Assembly: GCF_017940815.1 (NCBI RefSeq)
Contig: NZ_JAGAXX010000003.1
Coordinates: 9,963-73,962 of the forward strand
Source of the DNA: Methanobrevibacter sp.
GTDB taxonomy: Archaea > Methanobacteriota > Methanobacteria > Methanobacteriales > Methanobacteriaceae
Length of the DNA stretch: 64,000 bases
Direction of reading: 5' to 3'
Part shown: positions 34,799-45,030 of the stretch, piece after piece
Layout of the letters: every line of letters starts with the position of its first letter
Position numbering within the stretch: position 1 is the first letter of the stretch
The notes under the pieces: model-generated
What the model was told of the DNA's origin: nothing
Databases searched by the model: none
Seen by the model: the letters and a program-made list of their open reading frames with translations, nothing else
Program-made: the position numbers and the translations under genes

Positions 34799-37037
34799 AA
34801 ATTTTTTTAGCAACAATGCTTTGGCCCAGTGAAACTGAACCGTCCCCTGCGCAGGTATTCAGATGCTGGATAAAATTATAACCGTTATTCTCAATGCAAT
34901 CCTTCACGGTTTCAGTAATCGCCTCGTTGTAGAACACTCCTCCAGTGGCGCCAATGTCTGCAATGCTTTTTTTGTCTGCAGCACTTAATGCAAGTTCACT
35001 TAAGCCTCTTGCCACTGCTGTTTGGCCCGCCGCTGCAACATCTGCCTTTTTCTCACCATTTTGATATAATCTCACAACTTCACGCAATATTTCAGTGGTG
35101 TTCAATTGGTCATTTTCTATAATCACCGGAATTTCCAATTCTTTAGTTGAGTAATATGCAGATGATTCAAGTTTCATAGAACACTCTCCCTCATATGTTC
35201 TCTCATGGCAAATTTCCAAAGCAACAGCCATTGAATCGAGAACCCTTCCGGTACTTGTTGATATTCCAACATTGATTCCTGAGGCAATCTGCTTGAATAT
35301 ATTTTTAATTTCAATTTCCCCATACTTGAAATAATCAGAATATTTCTTAATCATTTCCTCATCATCGATGATGCTTGCAAGCATTCTTGCAGGATATCTT
35401 GTGGCCATGTCTCCTCCAGGCATCAGTTGAGGTTGGAGGTGTGCCATTCTTTCGAAATTCTTTATGTCAGTATAAAGGATTTCTCCTCCCCAGCTTGTTC
35501 CGTCGCTGCCGTAACCCACTCCGTCTGCTGCAATAACAATCATCTCGTCAATTCCATGATCGTTTGCAAGTGCAATACTGTGGGCATGGTGGTGCTGGAC
35601 GGGCAATACTTCTGCATCATATTTTTCAGCCAGTTCATGGGCCAAACGGGTGGTGAAGAAATGTGGGTGCATGTCACATGCAACAACATCAAATTCATTG
35701 ATTTTGGTAATGCGCTCCATATTTTCAATAGCTTTTCTCAAAAACTCTAGTGTTTTAGGTTTGTTGGTGTTTCCAATATGCTGTGACGGATATACCTTAT
35801 CGCCACGAGCTATTGAAAATGTAACATCAAGTTCAGGTCCCAGTGCAAGAACGTCCAGGTCATTAACCTCATAATTTATTGTATATGGCTCTGGGGTGTA
35901 ACCACGGGACCGTCTAATGAAAGACAGTTCGTCATTTCTGAACCTAATCACGGAATCGTCGCAACGGTTCAGTATTTTTCTGTTGTGGACAAGTGAATAG
36001 TCATTGACTCCGTTGATGATTTCCTCATTGTCAATCATCATAGGCTCTCCGGGAATGTTTGCGGAGGTCATGACGAATGTGTCAATCTCGCTTTCATCAA
36101 ACAAAAGGTAATGCATTGGTGAGTATGGGAGCATGACTCCGATGTTGTGAAGTCCGGGGGATAAACTTTCCGGGAATCTGTAACCTTCATTTTTCTTTAA
36201 GATGACAATAGGTCTTTTGTTAGATGTAATTGTTTCAATTTCCCTTTTTGAAAGTTGGGCATATTTTTTAAGGCTTTCCAGATCTTTGCACATTACTGCA
36301 AACGCTTGATTTGGTCTGTTCAGTCTTTTTCTTAATTCCTTGATGGATTTATCATTGTATGCATCAACAACAAGGTGTGTTCCGCCGATACCCTTGATGG
36401 CAAGTATTTCGCCTTTTTCCAAAACTTCGGCACCTTTTCTTATAGGATTGTCACATTCGACCCTTTCCAATCCATCATAAAAACTCATTTGCGGTCCGCA
36501 ATCGCTGCAACATATCGCTTCGCCATGATATCTTCTATCTAAAGGTTGCTTGTATTCAACAAGACAGTCATCACATAATGGGAATTCATCCATTGAGGTT
36601 CTAATTCTATCATAAGGGACACTTTCAATCACAGTGAACCTAGGTCCGCAATCGGTACATGCATTGAATGCATACTTGTATCTGCGGTCATTTGGGTTTC
36701 TGATTTCGGCCAGGCATTTATCACAGATTGCAATATCTGGGGGTATGACGCTGACCCCGGAGTATGCATCGCCACTTTCAATGATTTCAAAATCATTATA
36801 ATTTTCAATATCAATTTCCTCAACTTCCATTGAATCTATCTTGGCAATTGGTGGCAATTCTTCAGGAAGTCTTTCAACAAAATCAGAGGTTTTTTCACCT
36901 TCAATAATGATTTCAACTACATTTCCAAGGTTTCTTACAGATCCATTCAAATTTAAATCTACCGCTAGCCTGTAGACATATGGTCTAAATCCAACGCCCT
37001 GGACAATTCCTTGAGTTAAAATCTTTAAAGCTTTCAT
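34797..37037 (-). CDS. hypF: [NiFe]-hydrogenase maturation carbamoyltransferase HypF
   Basis: N-terminal acylphosphatase-like GIVQGVGFRPYVYR. Two zinc-finger pairs (CDKC...CTDCGPRF, CDDC...CSDCGPQ), YrdC-like and Kae1-like regions; 746 aa. Confidence 0.95.
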   Translation of the reverse strand: MKALKILTQGIVQGVGFRPYVYRLAVDLNLNGSVRNLGNVVEIIIEGEKTSDFVERLPEELPPIAKIDSMEVEEIDIENYNDFEIIESGDAYSGVSVIPPDIAICDKCLAEIRNPNDRRYKYAFNACTDCGPRFTVIESVPYDRIRTSMDEFPLCDDCLVEYKQPLDRRYHGEAICCSDCGPQMSFYDGLERVECDNPIRKGAEVLEKGEILAIKGIGGTHLVVDAYNDKSIKELRKRLNRPNQAFAVMCKDLESLKKYAQLSKREIETITSNKRPIVILKKNEGYRFPESLSPGLHNIGVMLPYSPMHYLLFDESEIDTFVMTSANIPGEPMMIDNEEIINGVNDYSLVHNRKILNRCDDSVIRFRNDELSFIRRSRGYTPEPYTINYEVNDLDVLALGPELDVTFSIARGDKVYPSQHIGNTNKPKTLEFLRKAIENMERITKINEFDVVACDMHPHFFTTRLAHELAEKYDAEVLPVQHHHAHSIALANDHGIDEMIVIAADGVGYGSDGTSWGGEILYTDIKNFERMAHLQPQLMPGGDMATRYPARMLASIIDDEEMIKKYSDYFKYGEIEIKNIFKQIASGINVGISTSTGRVLDSMAVALEICHERTYEGECSMKLESSAYYSTKELEIPVIIENDQLNTTEILREVVRLYQNGEKKADVAAAGQTAVARGLSELALSAADKKSIADIGATGGVFYNEAITETVKDCIENNGYNFIQHLNTCAGDGSVSLGQSIVAKKI

Positions 37038-37092
37038 TAAGTTATAATATTGTAAGTCAAATTTTATATAATTTTATCTTATATATAATATT

Positions 37093-37854
37093 ATGAAAGA
37101 TATTCTTGAAAGATTGGTTAAAGGGGAACTTAATGTAGATGAGGCGGAACATCTCCTAAAAGCGGACAATATTTTAGAGTTTGATGATATTGCTAAATTC
37201 GATATTAAACGTAATGAACGGACAGGGTTTCCTGAAGCAGTATTCTCACCAAGCAAGGATTATGATGATTTAATAACAATCATCAGAAATTATCTCAAAA
37301 GAAGTGAAGACGATTTGATAATAACCAAATTGTCCAATGAAAGATATGAAAGGATTTTATCCGACTTGGGTGAAAACCCTTATATTTTCGATTATAACAA
37401 AAGGGCGCAAATATTAGTCATCAGAAAGGAAATCACTGAAAAAGAGCCAACTGCAAAAATTGGAATAATCACTGCAGGAACATCAGATATCAATATTGCG
37501 GAAGAAGCAAGGGTAATTGTAGAGGAAGGAGGATGTGAAGCAATAACCTCTTATGACATTGGAGTTGCCGGAATCCATAGACTTTTCCCTCAAATAGCTC
37601 ATATGGTTAAGGAAGGCGTTAGGGCGTTCATCGTATGTGCAGGAATGGAAGGTGCGCTGCCTTCTGTTGTTGCGGGTCTTGTGGATGTGCCTGTCATTGC
37701 CGTTCCAACTTCAGTAGGATATGGTGTTGGAGAAGGAGGAAGAGTCGCTCTTGATGCAATGCTTCAGTCATGCGCTCCAGGAATAGCCGTTGTTAATATT
37801 GATAACGGATTTGGGGCAGGGGTATTTGCACTAACTATTGTAAACAGTGATTAG
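37093..37854 (+). CDS. larB: nickel-pincer cofactor biosynthesis protein LarB (PurE-like NaAD carboxylase/hydrolase)
   Basis: [13 protein letters not shown] motif and PurE-like core [11 protein letters not shown]...[31 protein letters not shown]; 253 aa. Confidence 0.8.
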   Translation: MKDILERLVKGELNVDEAEHLLKADNILEFDDIAKFDIKRNERTGFPEAVFSPSKDYDDLITIIRNYLKRSEDDLIITKLSNERYERILSDLGENPYIFDYNKRAQILVIRKEITEKEPTAKIGIITAGTSDINIAEEARVIVEEGGCEAITSYDIGVAGIHRLFPQIAHMVKEGVRAFIVCAGMEGALPSVVAGLVDVPVIAVPTSVGYGVGEGGRVALDAMLQSCAPGIAVVNIDNGFGAGVFALTIVNSD

Positions 37855-38415
37855 ATGAGATATGAAACATTTGACTGTAACGTTCATGATGTTGATAAGG
37901 TTGCAAAATTGGTTTATGATGTGGACTTCAGAACATTTGACATGCTTTTTAGGAATGAATCCAAAGCTGTTGAAACAATCGCTCATGATTTATGTAAACA
38001 GGATAAGGATGAATACTTTAAAGTCGTTCTGGATGATTTCAGTGAAATAATTGGGATATTGATTATTTTCACTTACAAGACCTCTCATAAATTTCGCCTA
38101 AAATCTCCTAGGCTAATAATTGTTGATATACTTGATCATTTTGTTTTATGCGACATTGGAAAAGATGACTTTTACATTGCCGAGGTCGCAATCGATGAAT
38201 CGTTAAGGGGCCAAGGCATGGGCAGGAAAGTTCTATTGGACTCCATTGATTATGCCAAAAGGAAAGGCTATAAGCGTGTAATTTTAGATGCTGATTTTAG
38301 AAACACTGGGGCAAAAGCTCTTTATGAAAAAATGGGCTTTAAAGAATTTAATAAAAAAAGAGTAAAAATTGGAAGATTTGAAAGGGGAATGCATAATCTT
38401 GAATTAAAGTTATAA
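37855..38415 (+). CDS. GNAT family N-acetyltransferase
   Basis: Acetyl-CoA motif LRGQGMGRKVL...GAKALYEKMGFKEF. The start codon directly abuts the larB stop (TAGATG). Confidence 0.8.
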   Translation: MRYETFDCNVHDVDKVAKLVYDVDFRTFDMLFRNESKAVETIAHDLCKQDKDEYFKVVLDDFSEIIGILIIFTYKTSHKFRLKSPRLIIVDILDHFVLCDIGKDDFYIAEVAIDESLRGQGMGRKVLLDSIDYAKRKGYKRVILDADFRNTGAKALYEKMGFKEFNKKRVKIGRFERGMHNLELKL

Positions 38416-38420
38416 CATTC

Positions 38421-38906
38421 CTATTTGTTCTGTTTGAAATTATGTACTACTGTACTCACTATGAAATCCCAATCATCTTTCCAATTGTCATATTTGTCCA
38501 TTTTTAATTCAATAGTATGATTGTCCTTTACAAAGTATGAAATTGAATATTCTTTATCGTTTGTTAGATTTTTATAAAATATTACTTTGGCGGTGCTGTT
38601 TTCAGTTGTGTCTGTAATGTTTACTTCGCCGCTGTCTTTTAAGGATTTTAATTTATTTTTAAAAAATTCTGAAGAATTGTCTCCTAATCCTTTTATAGTA
38701 ATATTTGCAGTATTGTTTTGATGATCTAATAAATGAACGCTTTTATCAGTTGATTTTAATATATTGAAACCGCTAGGTAGTGTTACGGTCATTTCATCAA
38801 CAACAGTCACTGCTTTTCCAACAGTATTTGATGAATCAACAATCAGATACATGCAGGCGAGTCCTGCTATAACAATAATAAGTATTCCTAGCCATCGTTT
38901 ATCCAT
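38421..38906 (-). CDS. membrane-anchored hypothetical protein (N-terminal TM helix, extracytoplasmic domain)
   Basis: N-terminal WLGILIIVIAGLACMYLIV helix. Overlaps the upstream ABC ATPase gene by 8 nt. No recognisable family. Confidence 0.6.
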   Translation of the reverse strand: MDKRWLGILIIVIAGLACMYLIVDSSNTVGKAVTVVDEMTVTLPSGFNILKSTDKSVHLLDHQNNTANITIKGLGDNSSEFFKNKLKSLKDSGEVNITDTTENSTAKVIFYKNLTNDKEYSISYFVKDNHTIELKMDKYDNWKDDWDFIVSTVVHNFKQNK

Positions 38907-39765
38907 ATTTCTTCCTCAATTTACGTTTCATTTTTCTTTCTTTTTTAATTTTTGCATAGTTTGCATCTTCAACGTATGCATCACAGACTTCATTAACTTC
39001 GCCTTCCATGATTAACTCACCGCTGTCAATCCAAATGCATCTGTCACATATTCTTCTAACTTGATTGATTGAATGTGAAACTAGTAAAACTGTAACTCCA
39101 TCTGCCATCATTTCATTAAGCTTTTCACCACTTTTCTTTCTGAATTTGATGTCTCCCACAGAAAGAATCTCGTCAATAATTAGAATATCCGGATCAATTA
39201 GGGTAGCGATTGAAAAACCTAATTTTGCTTTCATACCTTTGGAGTAATTCTTGACAGGGTAATTAATGTAGTCTCCAAGCTCGGAATATTCTACGATTTC
39301 ATCGTATTTCTCATCAAGAAACTCTTTACTCATGCTGAGTAATGCTCCGTTCAGGTAAATGTTGTCCTTTCCAGAGTAGTTTTTATCAAAACCAGCGCTC
39401 AGTTCAAGCAATGGTGCAATTTTACCATTAATTGTAATTTGTCCATCACTAGGTTCGTAGATTCCGGCAATAATTCTTAAAAGAGTACTTTTACCTGCAC
39501 CGTTAAATCCGAGTATCCCTAATTTTTCTCCTCTTTTAACGGTAAATGAAATATCGTCAAGGACTTTGACTTTTTTTGATTCGCCCTTGTCACGTTTAAT
39601 TGTTCTGATAAAATATTCCTTTAAAGTGTCGATTTTATCATTTGACACTTTAAATTCCATGGTTAGGTGTTCGACATTAATCGCAATGTCTGAGTCTATA
39701 TCTGGTGTATTGTTTCTAACAATATTTCTCCCTAATAATCGTCTTATTTTTTCCATTAAACTCAT
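38899..39765 (-). CDS. ABC transporter ATP-binding protein, TagH/Wzt-like (polymer export type)
   Basis: Walker A GFNGAGKST, signature-like YSKGMKAKL, Walker B LIIDEILSVGD. Paired with an ABC-2 permease. Lys/Arg-rich C-terminal tail. Confidence 0.88.
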   Translation of the reverse strand: MSLMEKIRRLLGRNIVRNNTPDIDSDIAINVEHLTMEFKVSNDKIDTLKEYFIRTIKRDKGESKKVKVLDDISFTVKRGEKLGILGFNGAGKSTLLRIIAGIYEPSDGQITINGKIAPLLELSAGFDKNYSGKDNIYLNGALLSMSKEFLDEKYDEIVEYSELGDYINYPVKNYSKGMKAKLGFSIATLIDPDILIIDEILSVGDIKFRKKSGEKLNEMMADGVTVLLVSHSINQVRRICDRCIWIDSGELIMEGEVNEVCDAYVEDANYAKIKKERKMKRKLRKKYG

Positions 39766-39777
39766 AATAACACCTAT

Positions 39778-40554
39778 CTATAATTCTAAAGTTAATTTTT
39801 TGCCGTAAATGTTAAATAATAATATTCCAATTCCCAGTGTGGTCAATGCAAATGCTGCAATGTATAACATTGTGGAAAAGCTAGGTGCAACTCCATAAAC
39901 GCATTGCCTGAGGCAGGTCATTGCACAGTAAACAGGATTTAATGAAAATATTATCTGGAACTTTGTTGGAACAATCTCAATTGGATAGAACAATGCGGAT
40001 GCATATAATAATACTAAGGTAAATACATTGTATAAGTATCCAATATCAGTGAAATAAGTGTTGCAAACTGCTAAAATCAATCCTACTCCAAATATCAATA
40101 TTATAATCAATATTATTGGGATTACTGCATATATCAATGTAGGATGGAATTGAGCTCCAGTTACAAACATTACTCCAAATAAGATTACAAATGAAATTAA
40201 AAAGTTAACAAATTCGTAACATATTGCACTAACAGGAAACATTGGTCTCGGTACATAAATCTTTTTAAGCAACCGTGCATTTTTCCTAATTGAGTTCATT
40301 GCTCCCTTAGTACCATGGTTAAAGAAATCAAATATTACTCTACCTGCCAAATAATAAACAGGATAGTTTACAACATTTTTTCCAAACAGCATTGAAAAAA
40401 CGACTGTAAACACTATCATAGTTAACAATGGATTAAAGAAACTCCAAAGTATCCCTAAGACAGAGTCCTTATATTTTGCAGTTAAATTTTTCTTAACCAA
40501 TTCTGTTAATAAAAATTTCTTTTCTGAGAATGTATCAAACATTGTAATAACCAA
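39778..40554 (-). CDS. ABC-2 type transporter permease, TagG/Wzm-like
   Basis: ELVKKNLTAKYKDSVLGILWSFFNPLL N-terminal signature and six predicted TM helices; 258 aa. Confidence 0.85.
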   Translation of the reverse strand: MVITMFDTFSEKKFLLTELVKKNLTAKYKDSVLGILWSFFNPLLTMIVFTVVFSMLFGKNVVNYPVYYLAGRVIFDFFNHGTKGAMNSIRKNARLLKKIYVPRPMFPVSAICYEFVNFLISFVILFGVMFVTGAQFHPTLIYAVIPIILIIILIFGVGLILAVCNTYFTDIGYLYNVFTLVLLYASALFYPIEIVPTKFQIIFSLNPVYCAMTCLRQCVYGVAPSFSTMLYIAAFALTTLGIGILLFNIYGKKLTLEL

Positions 40555-40603
40555 TATTTTTCAATTAAATAAACTTATATAAATTTTATAATATATTTTT
40601 TAC

Positions 40604-40894
40604 TTATTTTCTTCTTCTTTCGAATTCTTCGAAAATTTCATCGAGTTCTACGCCTTTATATACCAAAAGCAACAAGGTATGAAAAATTAAATCAACTGAT
40701 TCGTATACGAGGTTTTCATCATTTTTAGAAGCGATTAACACTTCTCCCGCTTCTTCAGCTATTTTTTCAAGAATCTTGTCTTCTGCTTTTTTATCGCTGT
40801 CTTTCATGATGTTTGAAGTGTATGAATCGATAGGATTGTCTCTTCTGGATTCCAATACTTCATATACCTCTCTGATAATTTTATCATTGCTCAT
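40604..40894 (-). CDS. hisE: phosphoribosyl-ATP pyrophosphatase
   Basis: 96 aa MazG-like protein with [14 protein letters not shown]...[13 protein letters not shown]. Confidence 0.85.
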   Translation of the reverse strand: MSNDKIIREVYEVLESRRDNPIDSYTSNIMKDSDKKAEDKILEKIAEEAGEVLIASKNDENLVYESVDLIFHTLLLLVYKGVELDEIFEEFERRRK

Positions 40895-41701
40895 TTAATC
40901 ATCACCTTTTGACTCTTGATCTTGCATGCTTTCGGTAAGGGCTATTAATGGATGTTTGTCATCATCAATGATTTCGATATCGTCAAAGGTATATATTCCG
41001 GATTTGTCCGCTGTTTTTTCCATACCTAATCTGATGTCCTTGCCTAAATCAATAACATATGAGTCAACGGTTTCATATCCTTTTTGTGCAGATGCAACTG
41101 CTCTATGGTGTCCATCGACCAAAATCCATCTGTCACCGGTTTTTACAACAATTGCCGGTTCTGCTAATCCTTTTTCTAATTCATATGCTCTTCCTTCAAG
41201 TTCATCTGCATACACTCTGTCTTGAGTAGGTCTTAATTTGTGGGTATCCACGGGCATATGTTTCAATGTTGTTTTGATGCCGTACAATTGTTCCATGGTC
41301 TTTTTAAAGTATTCGACCTTGTTAGGAGTGGATCTTTCAATGTGGGACCTAACCATATCAGTATTTGTGATGATTCCAACTAATGCTCCGTTTTCATTGA
41401 CAACAGGCATTCTTGAAATACCTCTTCTAAACATTACTCTGGAAGCGTCATTGATTGATAAATCTTGGTTTGCAACTACTAACTTGGTACTCATTATTCC
41501 AGAAACTGTATCTGCCCATTCTTTAGCAACAACGTCAAATGCAGTTACCATACCAACCAATTTACCATTATCCACCACTGGATAACTGTTGTGATGACTC
41601 TCTTTCATCAATTCTATTATTTTTTCAGTTTCAGTATCAGGAGAAACACTAATAACATTTTTAGTCATATAATCTTTCACGAAAGATTTTTTTTCTGCCA
41701 T
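40895..41701 (-). CDS. CBS-pair domain protein fused to a ParB/sulfiredoxin-like domain
   Basis: Two CBS motifs in the N-terminal half. C-terminal half has LRPTQDRVY...WILVDGHHRAVAS (ParB/Srx-type DGHHR). Confidence 0.75.
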   Translation of the reverse strand: MAEKKSFVKDYMTKNVISVSPDTETEKIIELMKESHHNSYPVVDNGKLVGMVTAFDVVAKEWADTVSGIMSTKLVVANQDLSINDASRVMFRRGISRMPVVNENGALVGIITNTDMVRSHIERSTPNKVEYFKKTMEQLYGIKTTLKHMPVDTHKLRPTQDRVYADELEGRAYELEKGLAEPAIVVKTGDRWILVDGHHRAVASAQKGYETVDSYVIDLGKDIRLGMEKTADKSGIYTFDDIEIIDDDKHPLIALTESMQDQESKGDD

Positions 41702-41712
41702 GTAGCTTCCTC

Positions 41713-43065
41713 CTATTCAATATTTTCTTTTAATAGTTTAACAGTCTCTCCAGGGTCTGCTTTTCCTCTGGTTAATCTCATTACTTGACCAACAAGGAAG
41801 TTAAGTGATGCTTTTTGTCCACCTAAGTAATCATCAACAGCTTTTGGATTTTCTTCGATAGCTTGTTTTACTGCAGCTAAAACTTCATCTTCTTTGACAA
41901 CACCAAGCAATCCTAATTCTTCAGCAATAGCTTTTGGAGATTTGTCATTGTTTGGCATTTGTTCGATGATTTTGTGTCCTGCTTTTGCAGTGATTTCTTT
42001 GTCTTGAAGCATTTTCAAGAATTCGATTAAATCATCAGAGGTAATTCCACTGTCTGCGAAGTCTAGTTTGTTATAGGACAATACTCTCTTGAGTTCGTCT
42101 CTCATTACTTTCGCTGCGAATTTGGAGTCAACCTCTTTTACAACTTCTTCATATGCAATAGCGAGGTCGAGCTCTGAAGTCAATACCTTAGCGGTTTCCT
42201 CATCAAGGTCATAGTCCTCCATGAACCTTTTAACCTTGTTGTGAGGTGCTTCAGGCATTGTGTCTAAAATTCTTTGAATGGTTTCATCTGAAATTTTCAT
42301 TGGAGGCAAGTCAGGGTCTGTGATGAATCTGTAGTCATCTGCATCCTCTTTCATCCTCATACCTACGGTAATCATTTGTGATTCGAGGTATGCACGGGTT
42401 TCCTGTTTGACTTCAACTCCTCTTTTCATAAGGTTTTTCTGTCTTACAAGTTCGAATTTCAATGCTTTGTATGCACCTTTGATTGAGTTAACGTTTTTCA
42501 TTTCTACTCTGTTTCCTCCATTGATGGAGATGTTAACGTCAGCTCTCATGGTACCTTCCCCACGTGCTCCTCCACTATATTGTAAAACACGAATTAATTC
42601 TTTTAAGAAGTTCCTTGCTTCTTCTGGGGATTTGATATCCGGTTCGGTAACAATTTCAACTAATGGAATTCCAGAACGGTTGAAGTTAACTGTACCTCTG
42701 TCGGGCTTGAATTGACCAGGGTCTTCCTCAGCGTGAATTTCTCTGATTCTAATTCCATTTAACTCTCCGTTAATTCCAATAGGAACTGAAGTTCTTTGAT
42801 AACCGGATGGTAAATCAGGATAATCGTAATGTTTTCTCATGAAGTATATTACGTCTTGATCAATTTCACAGTTTAACATTAATGCAATCATTAATGCATT
42901 TTCTAATGCTTTTTCATTTGTTGGATGTGGTTTTGCACCTGGTTGATTAAGACAAACTGGGCAGATGTTTGAATTAATAGGTGCGTCCTGATAATTTGTA
43001 GGACAATCACAGAATAATTTTGATTCAGTTTCTAGTTGTACGTGGATTTCAAGTCCACACATCAT
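41713..43065 (-). CDS. gatB: Asp-tRNA(Asn)/Glu-tRNA(Gln) amidotransferase subunit B
   Basis: CGLEIHVQL...FCDC N-terminus and GatB/YqeY C-terminal tail (LNFLVGQVMRLTRGKADP); 450 aa. Confidence 0.92.
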   Translation of the reverse strand: MMCGLEIHVQLETESKLFCDCPTNYQDAPINSNICPVCLNQPGAKPHPTNEKALENALMIALMLNCEIDQDVIYFMRKHYDYPDLPSGYQRTSVPIGINGELNGIRIREIHAEEDPGQFKPDRGTVNFNRSGIPLVEIVTEPDIKSPEEARNFLKELIRVLQYSGGARGEGTMRADVNISINGGNRVEMKNVNSIKGAYKALKFELVRQKNLMKRGVEVKQETRAYLESQMITVGMRMKEDADDYRFITDPDLPPMKISDETIQRILDTMPEAPHNKVKRFMEDYDLDEETAKVLTSELDLAIAYEEVVKEVDSKFAAKVMRDELKRVLSYNKLDFADSGITSDDLIEFLKMLQDKEITAKAGHKIIEQMPNNDKSPKAIAEELGLLGVVKEDEVLAAVKQAIEENPKAVDDYLGGQKASLNFLVGQVMRLTRGKADPGETVKLLKENIE

Positions 43066-43215
43066 ATCGACATCGTCACTAATAATAATTCCTCCCTTTT
43101 AGGATAATTTTTTATATTATCTTTATATTTGTTTAATTCAATTTATAAATATTATTAAAAATAGGCTATTTTATGGTGAAGTTATATTATTAAAAAAATT
43201 AAAAAAAGTAATGAA

Positions 43216-43983
43216 TTATTTTTCAAATTCATCAATTAGTTTATGAGCTTGTTCCCAATCGTTATGGTCATCAATCTCGGTCCATTTGAGTCCGTTTGTT
43301 AAAACAAAGTCAATAGGAGTGATTTTGCTTAATGGCTTGTATGCAAAATCATAATAATTTTGCTTATCCTCTTCCATTAGGTCTTCGAGAATCTCATTAA
43401 ATTTGGATATGTCTTTTGATGAAACTTTTGAAACTCCGATAAATTCCCCAGTGGAACTTGGAATGTCAATTCCCTTACCTATTTCCTTAATGGTTCCATT
43501 GGCAATTGTTTTATCTTCATTGAAAGTTTCATCTTCAATGATTATCTTGAATGATTCCTCATTGAGGTCTTTAAAGTTGTCGACAATAAGACTGGTGTTT
43601 TCTCTTTCAGCGATTCTTGTAATGATTTCCGGATCAACAACATTGTCTCCGTTAATTAATATGAAATCGTCTTTTTGGTTTTCTTCAATGTATTTGCTTG
43701 CAAGATATGTTGAAACGGAAGTGTTTGTAACGTCATATTTTTCATTTTCGATGACATTGATTGATATGTCATATTTTTCTTCAAGTACTGGTGCTATTTC
43801 GAACACTTTTTCCTTATTGTATCCTACAATTAAAATGAATTCCTTAATGTCTTCGTTCATTAGGTTTTTAATCATTCTTTCAAGCAAAGTCATGTCATTG
43901 ATTTCAAGCAATGGTTTTGGCCTGTCTTTTGTGAGAGGCATTAGTCTTGTTCCCATTCCCGCTGATAAAATTACTCCAATCAT
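43216..43983 (-). CDS. NTP-transferase domain protein (LicC-like phospho-alcohol/sugar-phosphate cytidylyl- or nucleotidyltransferase)
   Basis: N-terminal GVILSAGMGTRLMPLTKDRPKPLL and C-terminal W(T)EIDDHNDW motif; 255 aa. Confidence 0.75.
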   Translation of the reverse strand: MIGVILSAGMGTRLMPLTKDRPKPLLEINDMTLLERMIKNLMNEDIKEFILIVGYNKEKVFEIAPVLEEKYDISINVIENEKYDVTNTSVSTYLASKYIEENQKDDFILINGDNVVDPEIITRIAERENTSLIVDNFKDLNEESFKIIIEDETFNEDKTIANGTIKEIGKGIDIPSSTGEFIGVSKVSSKDISKFNEILEDLMEEDKQNYYDFAYKPLSKITPIDFVLTNGLKWTEIDDHNDWEQAHKLIDEFEK

Positions 43984-43995
43984 ATATTCACCTTT

Positions 43996-44964
43996 TTATT
44001 CAATTTTCTTCCATAGTTTATTAAATGCTCTAATAGGAGCTATTCTTTCAATAATAACGTCATAAACAAAATCCACAATGTCACTGTTGATATCGTAATT
44101 ATTACATATGTCTCTTACTGCTCTAATGGAATTTTTTCCTTCAAACACTATTCCGCTTGCTGCTTCGTCAATGATTAATCTTTGACCATAAAGTATTCCT
44201 AATGTGTGGTTTCTACTTTCTGGGGAAGTGGAAGTCATGATTAAATCTCCAAAACCACAATATTCGTGAGCGGTGTCTGAATTCCCACCAATAGCTTCAA
44301 TGATTTTTATGGTATCCTTAAATCCTTTTGTTAAAATACTGTATCTTGCATTTTCATTAATGTTCATTCCTTCGCAAATTCCGTTAGCTATTGCATTAAT
44401 GTTTTTTAGAACTCCACAAAGTTCAATTCCTTTTATGTCATCAATTATCTTTACTTTAAATTCCTTGGTTGCCAAAACATCTTTAACTTTTTCTGCATTT
44501 TCACGTTTTCTTGATGCAATATTGGTAATTGTAGGTTGATTCAACATAATTTCTGATGCAAAATTAGGTCCTGACAGTGCAACGAAATTTTCATCGAAAT
44601 ATTCTGAAATCAAATCTCCCATTGTATTTAGTGAAGGATATTCGATTCCTTTTGCAGTAGTGACTATGATAGTGTCATTATCAATAACTTCTTTTAATCT
44701 TTGTAATGTTGTTCTAAATGCTGAAGAAGGTATTGCTAAAAAAATGATTTCACATTCTTTTAAATCATTGAAATCTGTTGTAGCTTTTATATTTTCATTT
44801 AATTTTTGATTAGGATAATATTGTGTGTTGTATCCTGTATTGTTGATGTCATCACATAATTCTTGATTTCTTAAGTGTAATAGTACAGGCACGTTTTCAC
44901 TTATTGTCTGTGAAATTGCAGTACCAAGAGCACCTGCACCAATAACGCACACATTTAATGTCAT
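43996..44964 (-). CDS. gpsA: NAD(P)H-dependent glycerol-3-phosphate dehydrogenase (GpsA family)
   Basis: Rossmann motif VCVIGAGALGTA, plus SGPNFASEI and GVLKNINAIANGICEG; 322 aa. Confidence 0.8.
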   Translation of the reverse strand: MTLNVCVIGAGALGTAISQTISENVPVLLHLRNQELCDDINNTGYNTQYYPNQKLNENIKATTDFNDLKECEIIFLAIPSSAFRTTLQRLKEVIDNDTIIVTTAKGIEYPSLNTMGDLISEYFDENFVALSGPNFASEIMLNQPTITNIASRKRENAEKVKDVLATKEFKVKIIDDIKGIELCGVLKNINAIANGICEGMNINENARYSILTKGFKDTIKIIEAIGGNSDTAHEYCGFGDLIMTSTSPESRNHTLGILYGQRLIIDEAASGIVFEGKNSIRAVRDICNNYDINSDIVDFVYDVIIERIAPIRAFNKLWKKIE

Positions 44965-45030
44965 TTAAACACCTGCATTCTAATTATTTAATTATTAAAT
45001 TATTTTTTTATTATAATTAATATATTATAA

